Assembly: GCA_017480385.1 (NCBI GenBank)
Contig: JAFVAT010000005.1
Coordinates: 85,205-149,204 of the forward strand
DNA length: 64,000 nt
Reading direction: 5' to 3'
From: Alphaproteobacteria bacterium
GTDB taxonomy: Bacteria; Pseudomonadota; Alphaproteobacteria; CAAGCB01; CAG-977
Below, in pieces: positions 9,893-17,863 of this stretch. Under the pieces are notes generated by a model. That model did not search any database. It was not told where the DNA came from and saw only the letters and a list, made by a program, of their open reading frames with translations. Numbering within the stretch: the first letter of the stretch is position 1; each line of letters opens with the position of its first letter. A program made the position numbers and the translations under genes.

Positions 9893-10918
9893 CTATTTCA
9901 ATTTATTGTAATCAGAATCGCCGACTTCTTCCAGCCATTCGGTCGAAGCGCCTTCAGCCGGAACGCTCATCGCGATATGCGTGAACCAGCTGTCCTTCGC
10001 CGCGCCGTGCCAATGCTTGACTTCGGCGGGAATATGGACGACATCGCCGAGGTGCAGTTCCTGTGCAGGTTTGCCCCATTCCTGATACCAGCCGCGCCCC
10101 GCCGTCACCAGCAAAATCTGACCGCTCTTGTGATGAACATGCCAGTTGTTGCGGCACTTCGGTTCAAAGGTCACGTTCGCAATGCCGACTTCCTCTTTAT
10201 TCAGCGGCTGTAAATAGCTTGTCCCCTTGAAGTATTTGGCATAAGCCATGTTTTCCTGCCCGAAACCAAACAAAATGTCCTGCGCGGCAGCCTTTTGCGC
10301 GACATTCAGGATTTCCGCCACCTGTTCATCGGTCAACCCGTTATGCTTGCCAACCGCAATATGACTGTTCAGCTGGCTTTCGACGCCGTTACGTACGGAA
10401 AGCATCGCGATCGTCGCCACTTCTCTGGTCTGCCAATCCACATTGTCGCGCGCGAAAATGTCGCCGAACAAATGCGCTTTCAGATATTCGTCGATCGCCG
10501 GCGCGAAATCAAACAGAGGCCCTTTAACCTCCCGTCCCGTCAGCTTTGTCTGATTCGCCGCGCCGTATTCCAAAGCCGTTCCTTTTGGCTTAGCGGAAGG
10601 CAAGCTCCCCTGTTCATCCTTGTTTCCGCGTTCGTTAACAACCGTCATCAACGTGCCCAAAGCGTTTAAGGCCCTCGGGAATCCACAGTAAGCGTAAGCC
10701 TGCGTCAGAATTTCCTTAAACTCGTTGACCGTCACACCGTTATCCAAACCGTTGATCAAAGCCTGTTTCAGCCCTTTTTGATCGCCTTTCGCCGTATAGG
10801 CTGCAACCTCGGCGATTGTTTTTTGTTTCGCGGTCAAAGCTCCGTTTGCCATTGCGTTTCCTCCCGTAAAAAGAATAAGCGCGCCCAGAAACAGCGCAGA
10901 TAAGTTTCTATTCGACAT
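9893..10918 (-). CDS. carboxymuconolactone decarboxylase (CMD) domain + cupin domain fusion, signal peptide
   Basis: Likely start at 10918 (MSNRNLSALFLGALILF...); cupin motif 'HHKSGQILLVTAGRGWYQEWGKP...GDVVHIPAEVKHWHGA'. Confidence 0.55.
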   Translation of the reverse strand: MSNRNLSALFLGALILFTGGNAMANGALTAKQKTIAEVAAYTAKGDQKGLKQALINGLDNGVTVNEFKEILTQAYAYCGFPRALNALGTLMTVVNERGNKDEQGSLPSAKPKGTALEYGAANQTKLTGREVKGPLFDFAPAIDEYLKAHLFGDIFARDNVDWQTREVATIAMLSVRNGVESQLNSHIAVGKHNGLTDEQVAEILNVAQKAAAQDILFGFGQENMAYAKYFKGTSYLQPLNKEEVGIANVTFEPKCRNNWHVHHKSGQILLVTAGRGWYQEWGKPAQELHLGDVVHIPAEVKHWHGAAKDSWFTHIAMSVPAEGASTEWLEEVGDSDYNKLK

Positions 10919-10953
10919 CTTGCACTCCTTGAGTTTTTTTATTAGATTAGCTT

Positions 10954-10975
10954 TTAAAGCTGACTTTAAGTCAAG
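10954..10975 (-). promoter_or_regulatory. operator-like motif TTAAAGctgaCTTTAAGTCAAG with embedded TGACTTtAAGTCA palindrome, upstream of the CMD-cupin operon
   Basis: Matches the 3544-3566 motif and the tetR operator half-sites. Confidence 0.5.
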
Positions 10976-11029
10976 CATTTTTTTAACTGCCGCTGAAAAA
11001 GCATATCAAAGCTAAAACTCTTCTAAAGA

Positions 11030-11593
11030 GTTGTGGTTTGACGCAAAATAATCATCTGCTATAATTCCGTCTGCATATAATTCGACAATCCCCGGCGTTG
11101 CGGTTTGACGCAAAATAATCATCTGCTATAATGGGAGCGGGGAGGAATCACCCGCTCTTTACGTTGCGGTTTGACGCAAAATAATCATCTGCTATAATGA
11201 ATGATCAAGGATTCGGCGGTGTTGATTAGTTGCGGTTTGACGCAAAATAATCATCTGCTATAATCGGACGGGGGATGATAAATATCTCCGCGTTGTTGCG
11301 GTTTGACGCAAAATAATCATCTGCTATAATTCAAGCGCATTATCGATGTCGATGCATAAGTTGCGGTTTGACGCAAAATAATCATCTGCTATAATCAAAG
11401 TCCTTAAAAATGAGACGTAACGGCAGTTGCGGTTTGACGCAAAATAATCATCTGCTATAATTCTTGACCAGCTCTAAAGTCAGTCAAAAAAGTTGCGGTT
11501 TGACGCAAAATAATCATCTGCTATAATTAGGAGCAGTAAGGATGAAGGTTTGCGTTTGTTGCGGTTTGACGCAAAATAATCATCTGCTATAAT
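11030..11593 (+). CRISPR. CRISPR array, 9 x 36-bp repeats (GTTGCGGTTTGACGCAAAATAATCATCTGCTATAAT), 8 spacers of 29-31 bp
   Basis: Repeats start at 11030 (degenerate, C5T), 11097, 11163, 11229, 11295, 11360, 11426, 11492, 11558; unique spacers; each repeat carries TTGACG-N16-TGcTATAAT on the + strand. Confidence 0.95.
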
Positions 11594-11599
11594 ATCAAT

Positions 11600-11632
11600 G
11601 AAAAAAGCCTTTGAAAACAAAGGCTTTTTTCT
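11600..11632. terminator. bidirectional intrinsic terminator between CRISPR array and cas2
   Basis: AAAAAAGCCTTTGaaaaCAAAGGCTTTTTT: 8-bp stem, A-run 5' and T-run 3'. Confidence 0.7.
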
Positions 11633-11643
11633 TTATTTTTCGT

Positions 11644-11973
11644 TTAAAAAAGTGTCAGCTGCTCCGGTTTTTCCGATATCAAAACAGGTTTTCGATTCCG
11701 AAATGTGATAATGTCGGCAAATTGTTTGTCCGTAAAAAACAAAATGCTGACGTTACCGTCCGGCGGAATCTGCTTTTTTATTCTGTTTATAAAAGGCGTC
11801 GCCATTTCCCGCGTGCCGCAAAAGCGGAAATAAACCGAAAACTGGCTCATTTCAAAGCCTTCGTCCAACAAATAATTCCGAAACGCCGTCGCCCGTTTGC
11901 GTTCTTCGGGTTCCGCCACGGGCAAATCGAACATTACCATCATCCACATCAGATTGTATCCCGTCACCGACAC
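11644..11973 (-). CDS. cas2: CRISPR-associated endoribonuclease Cas2 (GTG start)
   Basis: 109 aa; 'MSVTGYNLMWMMVMFDLPV' Cas2 N-terminus; begins 1 nt after cas1 stop. Confidence 0.9.
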   Translation of the reverse strand: MSVTGYNLMWMMVMFDLPVAEPEERKRATAFRNYLLDEGFEMSQFSVYFRFCGTREMATPFINRIKKQIPPDGNVSILFFTDKQFADIITFRNRKPVLISEKPEQLTLF

Positions 11974-11974
11974 A

Positions 11975-12883
11975 TTAAAGGTTCCACAGATTTTTTCCGG
12001 TCATCGCTTCGGGCAAGTTCAGACTGTCCGCTTCCCCCAAAACGCATTTTTGCAAAGAAACCGCCAGATCGGAAATCAGATACCCGACTTCACATTCCCG
12101 ATCGCCCGTTTTCACCGTACGGGACAGCAACGCGACAAGCCGTTTTTTCACTTCCGGCGTAACAGAGCCGAACTCGTCCTCATCCGTCATACGATAGACG
12201 CAAAAATCAACCAGAGGGCGGAACGGTTCCATCAAATCGTCCGCCAGACGCATCGCATTGTATTGATTTTGATGATGTATCCCCAAAGACGGATGCAATC
12301 CCGCCCCCGTAATCGCCCGAACAACCGAGGATCGTAAAATCGTATAACCGTAATTCAGCATCGCGTTAATGCCGTCCTGCGCCCTATCCCTGCGGAAATC
12401 CTTGCCGAACAACGTTTGAAAATAATATTTTGCCCCCTGCCCTTCCAAATTTTTGGGATCGCCGTTTTTGACCTGCTTTGCCATATAACGCAGAGACGCG
12501 TCCGGCTTTGAACAGGTTTTCAAAACTTCCGCCTGTTGCGTCAGTTTGGCTTGAATGATGTCTTTCCAATAACGGTCGGCGGCGGATTGCTTCATTCTAG
12601 CCTGAGCCGTCAGAATGTCGCCCTGCAAATGGTGGTTTTCCAGAGGGATCATAATCGAAGCGGGAACGTGATTCGCTCCGCAAACAACGAAAGGCGCATT
12701 CTGTTCCGCCAACCGGACAAGCAGATTGTTTGAATAGGTCAAGCCGTGCGCGTTGGCAATCACCGCCCCGATCTGATCGATCGGCACGCGCCCGACCTCT
12801 TGCGCGTTTTCATATACGACCATAAAACCGTGATCGACCGCCAGATAGCGATTATCCTGCGTGATTTCGATGATTCTATCCAT
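11975..12883 (-). CDS. cas1: CRISPR-associated endonuclease Cas1 (type II)
   Basis: 302 aa; Cas1 fold motifs; start overlaps cas9 3' end by 8 nt. Confidence 0.95.
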   Translation of the reverse strand: MDRIIEITQDNRYLAVDHGFMVVYENAQEVGRVPIDQIGAVIANAHGLTYSNNLLVRLAEQNAPFVVCGANHVPASIMIPLENHHLQGDILTAQARMKQSAADRYWKDIIQAKLTQQAEVLKTCSKPDASLRYMAKQVKNGDPKNLEGQGAKYYFQTLFGKDFRRDRAQDGINAMLNYGYTILRSSVVRAITGAGLHPSLGIHHQNQYNAMRLADDLMEPFRPLVDFCVYRMTDEDEFGSVTPEVKKRLVALLSRTVKTGDRECEVGYLISDLAVSLQKCVLGEADSLNLPEAMTGKNLWNL

Positions 12884-15800
12884 CCGCCTGCCCTTCCGGA
12901 CGCTTCGGGTCTATCACCCGTCCGTCTATCGTCACGGTGATTTTACGTCCGTTATGTAATCTGAATTGTTCAGCAGATGCGGCCCAAGAAAGTTTATCCG
13001 CTTCTTCTTTCGCAATAAGATGAGGACGTAAATAAAACAAAATACCTGTCATCTTTTTAACTCGGGCGATGATTGTTTCCCCGTCTTTTTCATAAGCGAC
13101 CATATCGTCAATATGCAGACGCATAATCAGTTTGGCGTGGGCGTCCGTATGACGCCATTTCGGAACGAAGTCTTTCTGATGGGCGCAATAGTTCGGAATG
13201 ATCTCGATTTGCCATTTTCCCGCGTTTTTCCCTCTGTCGGGACAGTAAATCTCCGCATACGCGTTTCCGCCGTAAATCGCGTAACGATACGGTTTCCCGT
13301 TTTTATCTTTAAAAGGCAGAATGACATTCTTGTTTCTTTCCCGATACGTCCTGACCTTGCGCGTGTTCCTGTCGGCAAAATAGCTCTGAATGATTGCTTC
13401 GTGTTCGGATTTGTCTTTCCCGTCCAACAAAGCGCGGATTTTATCCGCCGTTCCCGCTTGGTCGATGATGATATCCAAATCCGCCTCCGTTTTAAACTCG
13501 GTCACGGGGACGCGCTGAATCAGTTTCCACGTCCTTTTCTTATCTCCCTCGCCCGCAAAGCCGTAATACGTTTCCTCGTGCAATTTGGCGACCGTCTTTC
13601 CTTCCTGAATAGCTTTTTGCGGGTTGCCGTGGTCGGGTTTATGAGAAATCACCATACGGTCGAACGCGTCCTGCAATTCCCGCAGTCTGAATTCCGGATA
13701 AGGCAGATGAGGCGCCTTTTCCTGCGGCATTTGCGTGGAATAGTCACGTCGTTCCGTGGCATATTTCTGCAACGTCCCCCGTCCCGTGCAAGCGACAATA
13801 AACGCGTCCAAAGCGTGGTGGCGGTGATCCGTCCTATCCTTTTGATCTTCGGGGAACAGAGATTCCAATCCCCAATGGTGGCGCAGTTTCGCCGTCAGCT
13901 GTCCGGGGATGCCCCACACCTTCGACGGATTTGCGGCAAAGCACAAATACTGACGCGCCACCCGCGCCATATATTGCGTATCGGTCAGCATACGCGCCAG
14001 AACATCGTCCAAGTCCTGAAAAGCGTCTTCCCTGAACTTTTTCGCGCGGTTTTTCTTTTCGTCGTGCTTTAAGGAAAAATTTTCAACGCGCCCCAGAATC
14101 TCATTCCAACGTTTTTCATCGGCGTGGAAAGCCTCCCACGGAGAACGATTGCCTTTTTCACGGTTGCACGCACGGCAGGAAATGACTTTGTTGGTGCGGG
14201 CGTCCGAATATGACCGCGCAAACGGCAATAAATGCTCGATTTCAAATTCATCGGAAAACAGATGTTCGAAATTTATTGGCTTGCCGCAGAACGGACAACA
14301 CCTTTGAGACGAATCGTCGGAGGAATCCTCCCACAACTTGTATTTCATCCTGTTGTCATAAGAGTTTTTGACGCCTAAACGCTCCAATTCTTTGGCGATA
14401 CGGTCGTTATCTTTCGTGTTTTCCGTTTGCAACTTGTTCAATTCGTCTTTGGCTTTTTTACCCAACTTCAACTCGCGCGCCAATTCGACGACGATCGATT
14501 CGGGATGACCATAGCGTTTTACCAACTCGTTAATCAACTTTCTGACTTGATTCAGCGCGATGTGAACGGTCGGATTATTGATTTTTCCCCAGTATTTTTC
14601 GGGAAAATCCTTGTCCGCCGCGGCGTTCGTTCCGCCGATGACCGCTTTTGGCATCGCTTCCCCGTAATACGGCAACTCGTCATACACATCGCCCGTTTCC
14701 GGATTGATGAAAGTGTTGTAATATTCGGGTAAAGTCCCTTTCGTCTTTAAAGAAAACGTGTAGCCTGCCGATTCGACCGCCTGATGATACGGCTGTCCTT
14801 CGCGCAGAAAAGGATTTATTTTTCCTAACGCCTTCAAGCTTAAAGACGCCGTGCCGTCTTCCAAAGACGTATGCGCAACGGCTTCCGCCTGCTCCGGACT
14901 TAAAGCGTATTTGTCTTTTAATTCTTCAATCAGTTTCGATTCGTCCTGCGCGTTTAAAAGCAACGCCACGATTTCGTTTTGTTTTTCTCTGTCAAAAGAA
15001 AACCATTCCTTGCCGAAACAAGACTCATCCGCCAACTGCGCCGCCGTCGTGTCCGCGTCAAGTCCTTTGCGTTTTTCCGATTCCAGATTAAACGACACTT
15101 TCGGATTGACGCCGAACGGTTTGAGCAATTTTTTCGCCGCCGACCAGGTCAATGTCCGCTTTTTCTTATCCAAAGCGGAAAAGTCCTTTGCCGTGAAACG
15201 GTATAAAACCTCACGTTCCTCCGGCGTTAAAAAGCGTTCATCATCATCGTAAAGAATTTTCAACTGGTTGATCTGTTGCAATAAACGGCTTTGCTGAAAA
15301 GCAGGATAAGCGCAATACGCGCGGCGTTCGCCTTCCTCGAACTGACATAATCCCAATTCGGGCTGTTTCAACGGACGCTGATTGAAAATGATGTGGAAAA
15401 GATCGTCTTCGATTTCTTTCGACAAACCTTGCTTCGTCATAATTTGCCGAAATTCATCTTCGTACATTGCACGGTCGGGATAAAGCGGATAGGACGCTTT
15501 GCTCTTGACCACGATTGATTTTGCGCGAACAGGAACAAAATCCTGCGTGGAGGTTTTATCTTTGTTCATCAGGTACAGATATTCCCCCAAAGTCCGCGCG
15601 CCCGCTTCCGTCATACGTTTTCTTGTTTCGGCAATCGCGGTCTTCATCGCGCCCGTTTCCGCATCCTTTTTATCCGTCTTTAAATTGCTTTTAAACCCTC
15701 TGCGCTGATTGATGTGAAACAAAGCCCGCCCCAATTCATAGGGAGTCAGCTTTTCATCCAACGCCTTCGCGCGTAAAAAGTAGGGATCAAGCATTTCCAA

Positions 15801-16076
15801 CGCTTTGCGTTCCGCTTCGTCCTGCGGCATCAAACCGTATTTGATCAGCCTGTTCATCAGCGTTTCGCGACGCATCACAAAACGGTCGCGGCGTTTGCGC
15901 ATTCCTCTGGCCGTCCGGCGGGCGACCGCAAGCGGCTCTTTCGTTTTCGAATCCCGTCCGTCCGAAAAAATACGGACACCGAAATTTTCAAAGCGGTACG
16001 GCGCGCCGTCTTTTGTTTCGATGATGCTCCAGCCTAACGACGTTTCGCCCAAATCCAATCCCAAAACATAACGCAT
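12876..16076 (-). CDS. cas9: Cas9, type II-C
   Basis: 1066 aa; RuvC-I 'LGLDLGETSLGW', Arg-rich bridge helix 'RRTARGMRKRRDRFVMRR', HNH 'EIEHLLPFARSYSDARTNKVISCRACNREKGN', RuvC-III 'HHALDAF'; no csn2 or cas4 in the locus. Confidence 0.95.
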   Translation of the reverse strand: MRYVLGLDLGETSLGWSIIETKDGAPYRFENFGVRIFSDGRDSKTKEPLAVARRTARGMRKRRDRFVMRRETLMNRLIKYGLMPQDEAERKALEMLDPYFLRAKALDEKLTPYELGRALFHINQRRGFKSNLKTDKKDAETGAMKTAIAETRKRMTEAGARTLGEYLYLMNKDKTSTQDFVPVRAKSIVVKSKASYPLYPDRAMYEDEFRQIMTKQGLSKEIEDDLFHIIFNQRPLKQPELGLCQFEEGERRAYCAYPAFQQSRLLQQINQLKILYDDDERFLTPEEREVLYRFTAKDFSALDKKKRTLTWSAAKKLLKPFGVNPKVSFNLESEKRKGLDADTTAAQLADESCFGKEWFSFDREKQNEIVALLLNAQDESKLIEELKDKYALSPEQAEAVAHTSLEDGTASLSLKALGKINPFLREGQPYHQAVESAGYTFSLKTKGTLPEYYNTFINPETGDVYDELPYYGEAMPKAVIGGTNAAADKDFPEKYWGKINNPTVHIALNQVRKLINELVKRYGHPESIVVELARELKLGKKAKDELNKLQTENTKDNDRIAKELERLGVKNSYDNRMKYKLWEDSSDDSSQRCCPFCGKPINFEHLFSDEFEIEHLLPFARSYSDARTNKVISCRACNREKGNRSPWEAFHADEKRWNEILGRVENFSLKHDEKKNRAKKFREDAFQDLDDVLARMLTDTQYMARVARQYLCFAANPSKVWGIPGQLTAKLRHHWGLESLFPEDQKDRTDHRHHALDAFIVACTGRGTLQKYATERRDYSTQMPQEKAPHLPYPEFRLRELQDAFDRMVISHKPDHGNPQKAIQEGKTVAKLHEETYYGFAGEGDKKRTWKLIQRVPVTEFKTEADLDIIIDQAGTADKIRALLDGKDKSEHEAIIQSYFADRNTRKVRTYRERNKNVILPFKDKNGKPYRYAIYGGNAYAEIYCPDRGKNAGKWQIEIIPNYCAHQKDFVPKWRHTDAHAKLIMRLHIDDMVAYEKDGETIIARVKKMTGILFYLRPHLIAKEEADKLSWAASAEQFRLHNGRKITVTIDGRVIDPKRPEGQADG

Positions 16077-16149
16077 TGAAAGAAAACTCCTTAAAAATTG
16101 TTTCTAAAAATATTGACATACTTTACAAATATGTGACAACTTATATCTA

Positions 16150-16246
16150 TCATTTTAGCAGATGATTATTTTGTGTCTTTCCGTTAACAAGAATCAGAGA
16201 TTCACAAAATGAAAGGGGTGACTGCGCGTCGCCCCTTTAATTTTTA
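16150..16246 (+). ncRNA. candidate tracrRNA (anti-repeat 16156-16188, terminator 16212-16246)
   Basis: 16156-16172 TAGCAGATGATTATTTT is the exact reverse complement of repeat nt 16-32, with partial complementarity continuing to ~16188; GC hairpin GGGGTGAC/GTCGCCCC + TTTAATTTTT at the 3' end; TTGACA at 16113-16118 upstream. Confidence 0.65.
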
Positions 16247-16333
16247 TGCGGTTTTAGCGAGATTCATCTTGACGAAACAGGCTTTTGAAGTTAAAAGAAA
16301 AGCTCTGGATTTTTGTTTAAAGGAAATTGTGTT

Positions 16334-16633
16334 ATGGCCAAACGTTGCATTATTACCGGAAAAGGCGTGCAGACAGGGAACAATGTTTCTCACGCGAACA
16401 ACAAGACTCGCCGTCGTTTTATGCCGAACTTGCAGTCCGTTTCTTTGCTGAGCGAAACATTGGGTACGACAGTTACATTGCGCATGTCTTCCCGCGGTTT
16501 GCGGACGATTGAACACAACGGCGGATTGGACGCGTTTTTATTGTCCACGCCGAACGGCAAGCTGTCCTGCGAAGCCAAGCGTTTGAAAAAGCGTATTCTG
16601 GGTTCTGCCGAAAAGCACGCCGCGCAAGCTTAA
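16334..16633 (+). CDS. rpmB: 50S ribosomal protein L28
   Basis: '[34 protein letters not shown]' is the canonical bL28 N-terminus. Confidence 0.9.
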   Translation: MAKRCIITGKGVQTGNNVSHANNKTRRRFMPNLQSVSLLSETLGTTVTLRMSSRGLRTIEHNGGLDAFLLSTPNGKLSCEAKRLKKRILGSAEKHAAQA

Positions 16634-16650
16634 TCGCTGCCGCAAGAATT

Positions 16651-16688
16651 AAAAAAACCGTCCGATATTTTCGGGCGGTTTTTTTTGT
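16651..16688. terminator. bidirectional terminator after rpmB
   Basis: ACCGTCCG(n7)CGGGCGGT stem flanked by A-run and T-run. Confidence 0.6.
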
Positions 16689-16714
16689 TGCCGGCAATAA
16701 AAACTTAAAGAAAA

Positions 16715-17860
16715 TCACTGGCATAAATTCTGCTGTATTATTTTTTCAAATAAATCCTTTGAGGCATTTTGTTCTTCTTCCGAAAAAGGAAAAGATATTA
16801 TATCGTTTTTCTCTTTTTCTTTATTCGGATTAACGGGCAGCATTTTGACCAACTCAGCTTGCGGGATTTTGCAAATTTTGCTGTAATCAACCGTTTTTTC
16901 TTTGATTTCCAACGTATTTTTAAACGTTACCGTGCAAACATCGTCACTGAAAACCGAAGAAAGTCCTTTCGTGATTTTAACGCCGCCAAAGGAACTGCTT
17001 TCAGAACCCGAATTATGTTGCTTTTCTCCAGAAGCACAGGCCTTTATTGCTCCAAACAGGCCGGTTGTCGAATATTCGGGAATATATTTTGCGGCGGCAG
17101 AATCTTCAGCGAAAGAATAAAAGTCCGTCCATGCTTCGATTTTTTGAGCTTGCGTTTTATTCAAAGAAAACTCAAACGGGGGCATTTTAATTTGGCACAA
17201 ACCGTTTTTAATGCCTGTTATTTCCGCGGTCATTTTAAAAAAAGTAATCTTTTTTTCTGTTTCGGCAGCACGACAAACGCGTAAACCTTCGATAAAGTCT
17301 TGAGACAGAGCGAATGTTTTGCGCTGCAGTTTTTCCATATCCTGTTCTGACAATTTTATATCCCGTTTTTCGCAGGCCGATTCTGAAATTTTTTTCCACG
17401 CAATATTCATTTTCGTATCCGTAACGGTCATTTCCATCGGCTTTTTTTCCTGAGTCCCGTCGGGCTTGGAATAGGAGATATAAGTCGTGAACGTTTCCGT
17501 AACCTGATCTGTCGACGTATCCGTCATCGCGTCGCGGATTTCTGTCAGCTGTTCAGGAGAAACAGAGCAGGCATAATCAGAAAGAACGATGTCGTCCATT
17601 TGACTGGCGATCGAAAAATCGCAAAAGCCTTTATCGTTTTTACCCTTGATCCGAATATAAGTCGCTATGTCGTCCAATCCGAAAAATTGAGTAAACATTT
17701 TTAAAATCGGATTAGAATTTGTGAAGTTTTCCTCATAAGGAGCACACTCTTTCGCCGCATTTTTCAGTTCGTCCGTAAAATGATAAAAGGGAGCTGACTG
17801 TGCTTTTGCATGAAAAGCAGACAAGCCGAAAAGCAGGAAAAGGGTCAGACTTTTTTTCAT
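16715..17860 (-). CDS. hypothetical secreted Cys-containing protein
   Basis: 381 aa; signal 'MKKSLTLFLLFGLSAFHAKAQS'; no recognisable motifs. Confidence 0.45.
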   Translation of the reverse strand: MKKSLTLFLLFGLSAFHAKAQSAPFYHFTDELKNAAKECAPYEENFTNSNPILKMFTQFFGLDDIATYIRIKGKNDKGFCDFSIASQMDDIVLSDYACSVSPEQLTEIRDAMTDTSTDQVTETFTTYISYSKPDGTQEKKPMEMTVTDTKMNIAWKKISESACEKRDIKLSEQDMEKLQRKTFALSQDFIEGLRVCRAAETEKKITFFKMTAEITGIKNGLCQIKMPPFEFSLNKTQAQKIEAWTDFYSFAEDSAAAKYIPEYSTTGLFGAIKACASGEKQHNSGSESSSFGGVKITKGLSSVFSDDVCTVTFKNTLEIKEKTVDYSKICKIPQAELVKMLPVNPNKEKEKNDIISFPFSEEEQNASKDLFEKIIQQNLCQ

Positions 17861-17863
17861 TTT

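Noticed and set aside
11462-11491. Possible self-targeting: spacer 7 shares AAAGTCAG..TCAA(G/A)AAAAAGTT with the operator motif at 3545-3575
   Set aside because: Only a 9-10-nt contiguous match, broken by a 7-nt indel; far below protospacer identity and most likely chance.
13113-14072. 319-aa + strand ORF antisense to cas9
   Set aside because: Arg/Phe-rich low-complexity translation typical of antisense frames of a coding region; no start context; entirely inside cas9.
16209-16451. 80-aa ORF spanning the tracrRNA terminator and the rpmB start
   Set aside because: It overlaps the bL28 start in another frame and begins inside a strong terminator hairpin; an artefact of ORF calling.
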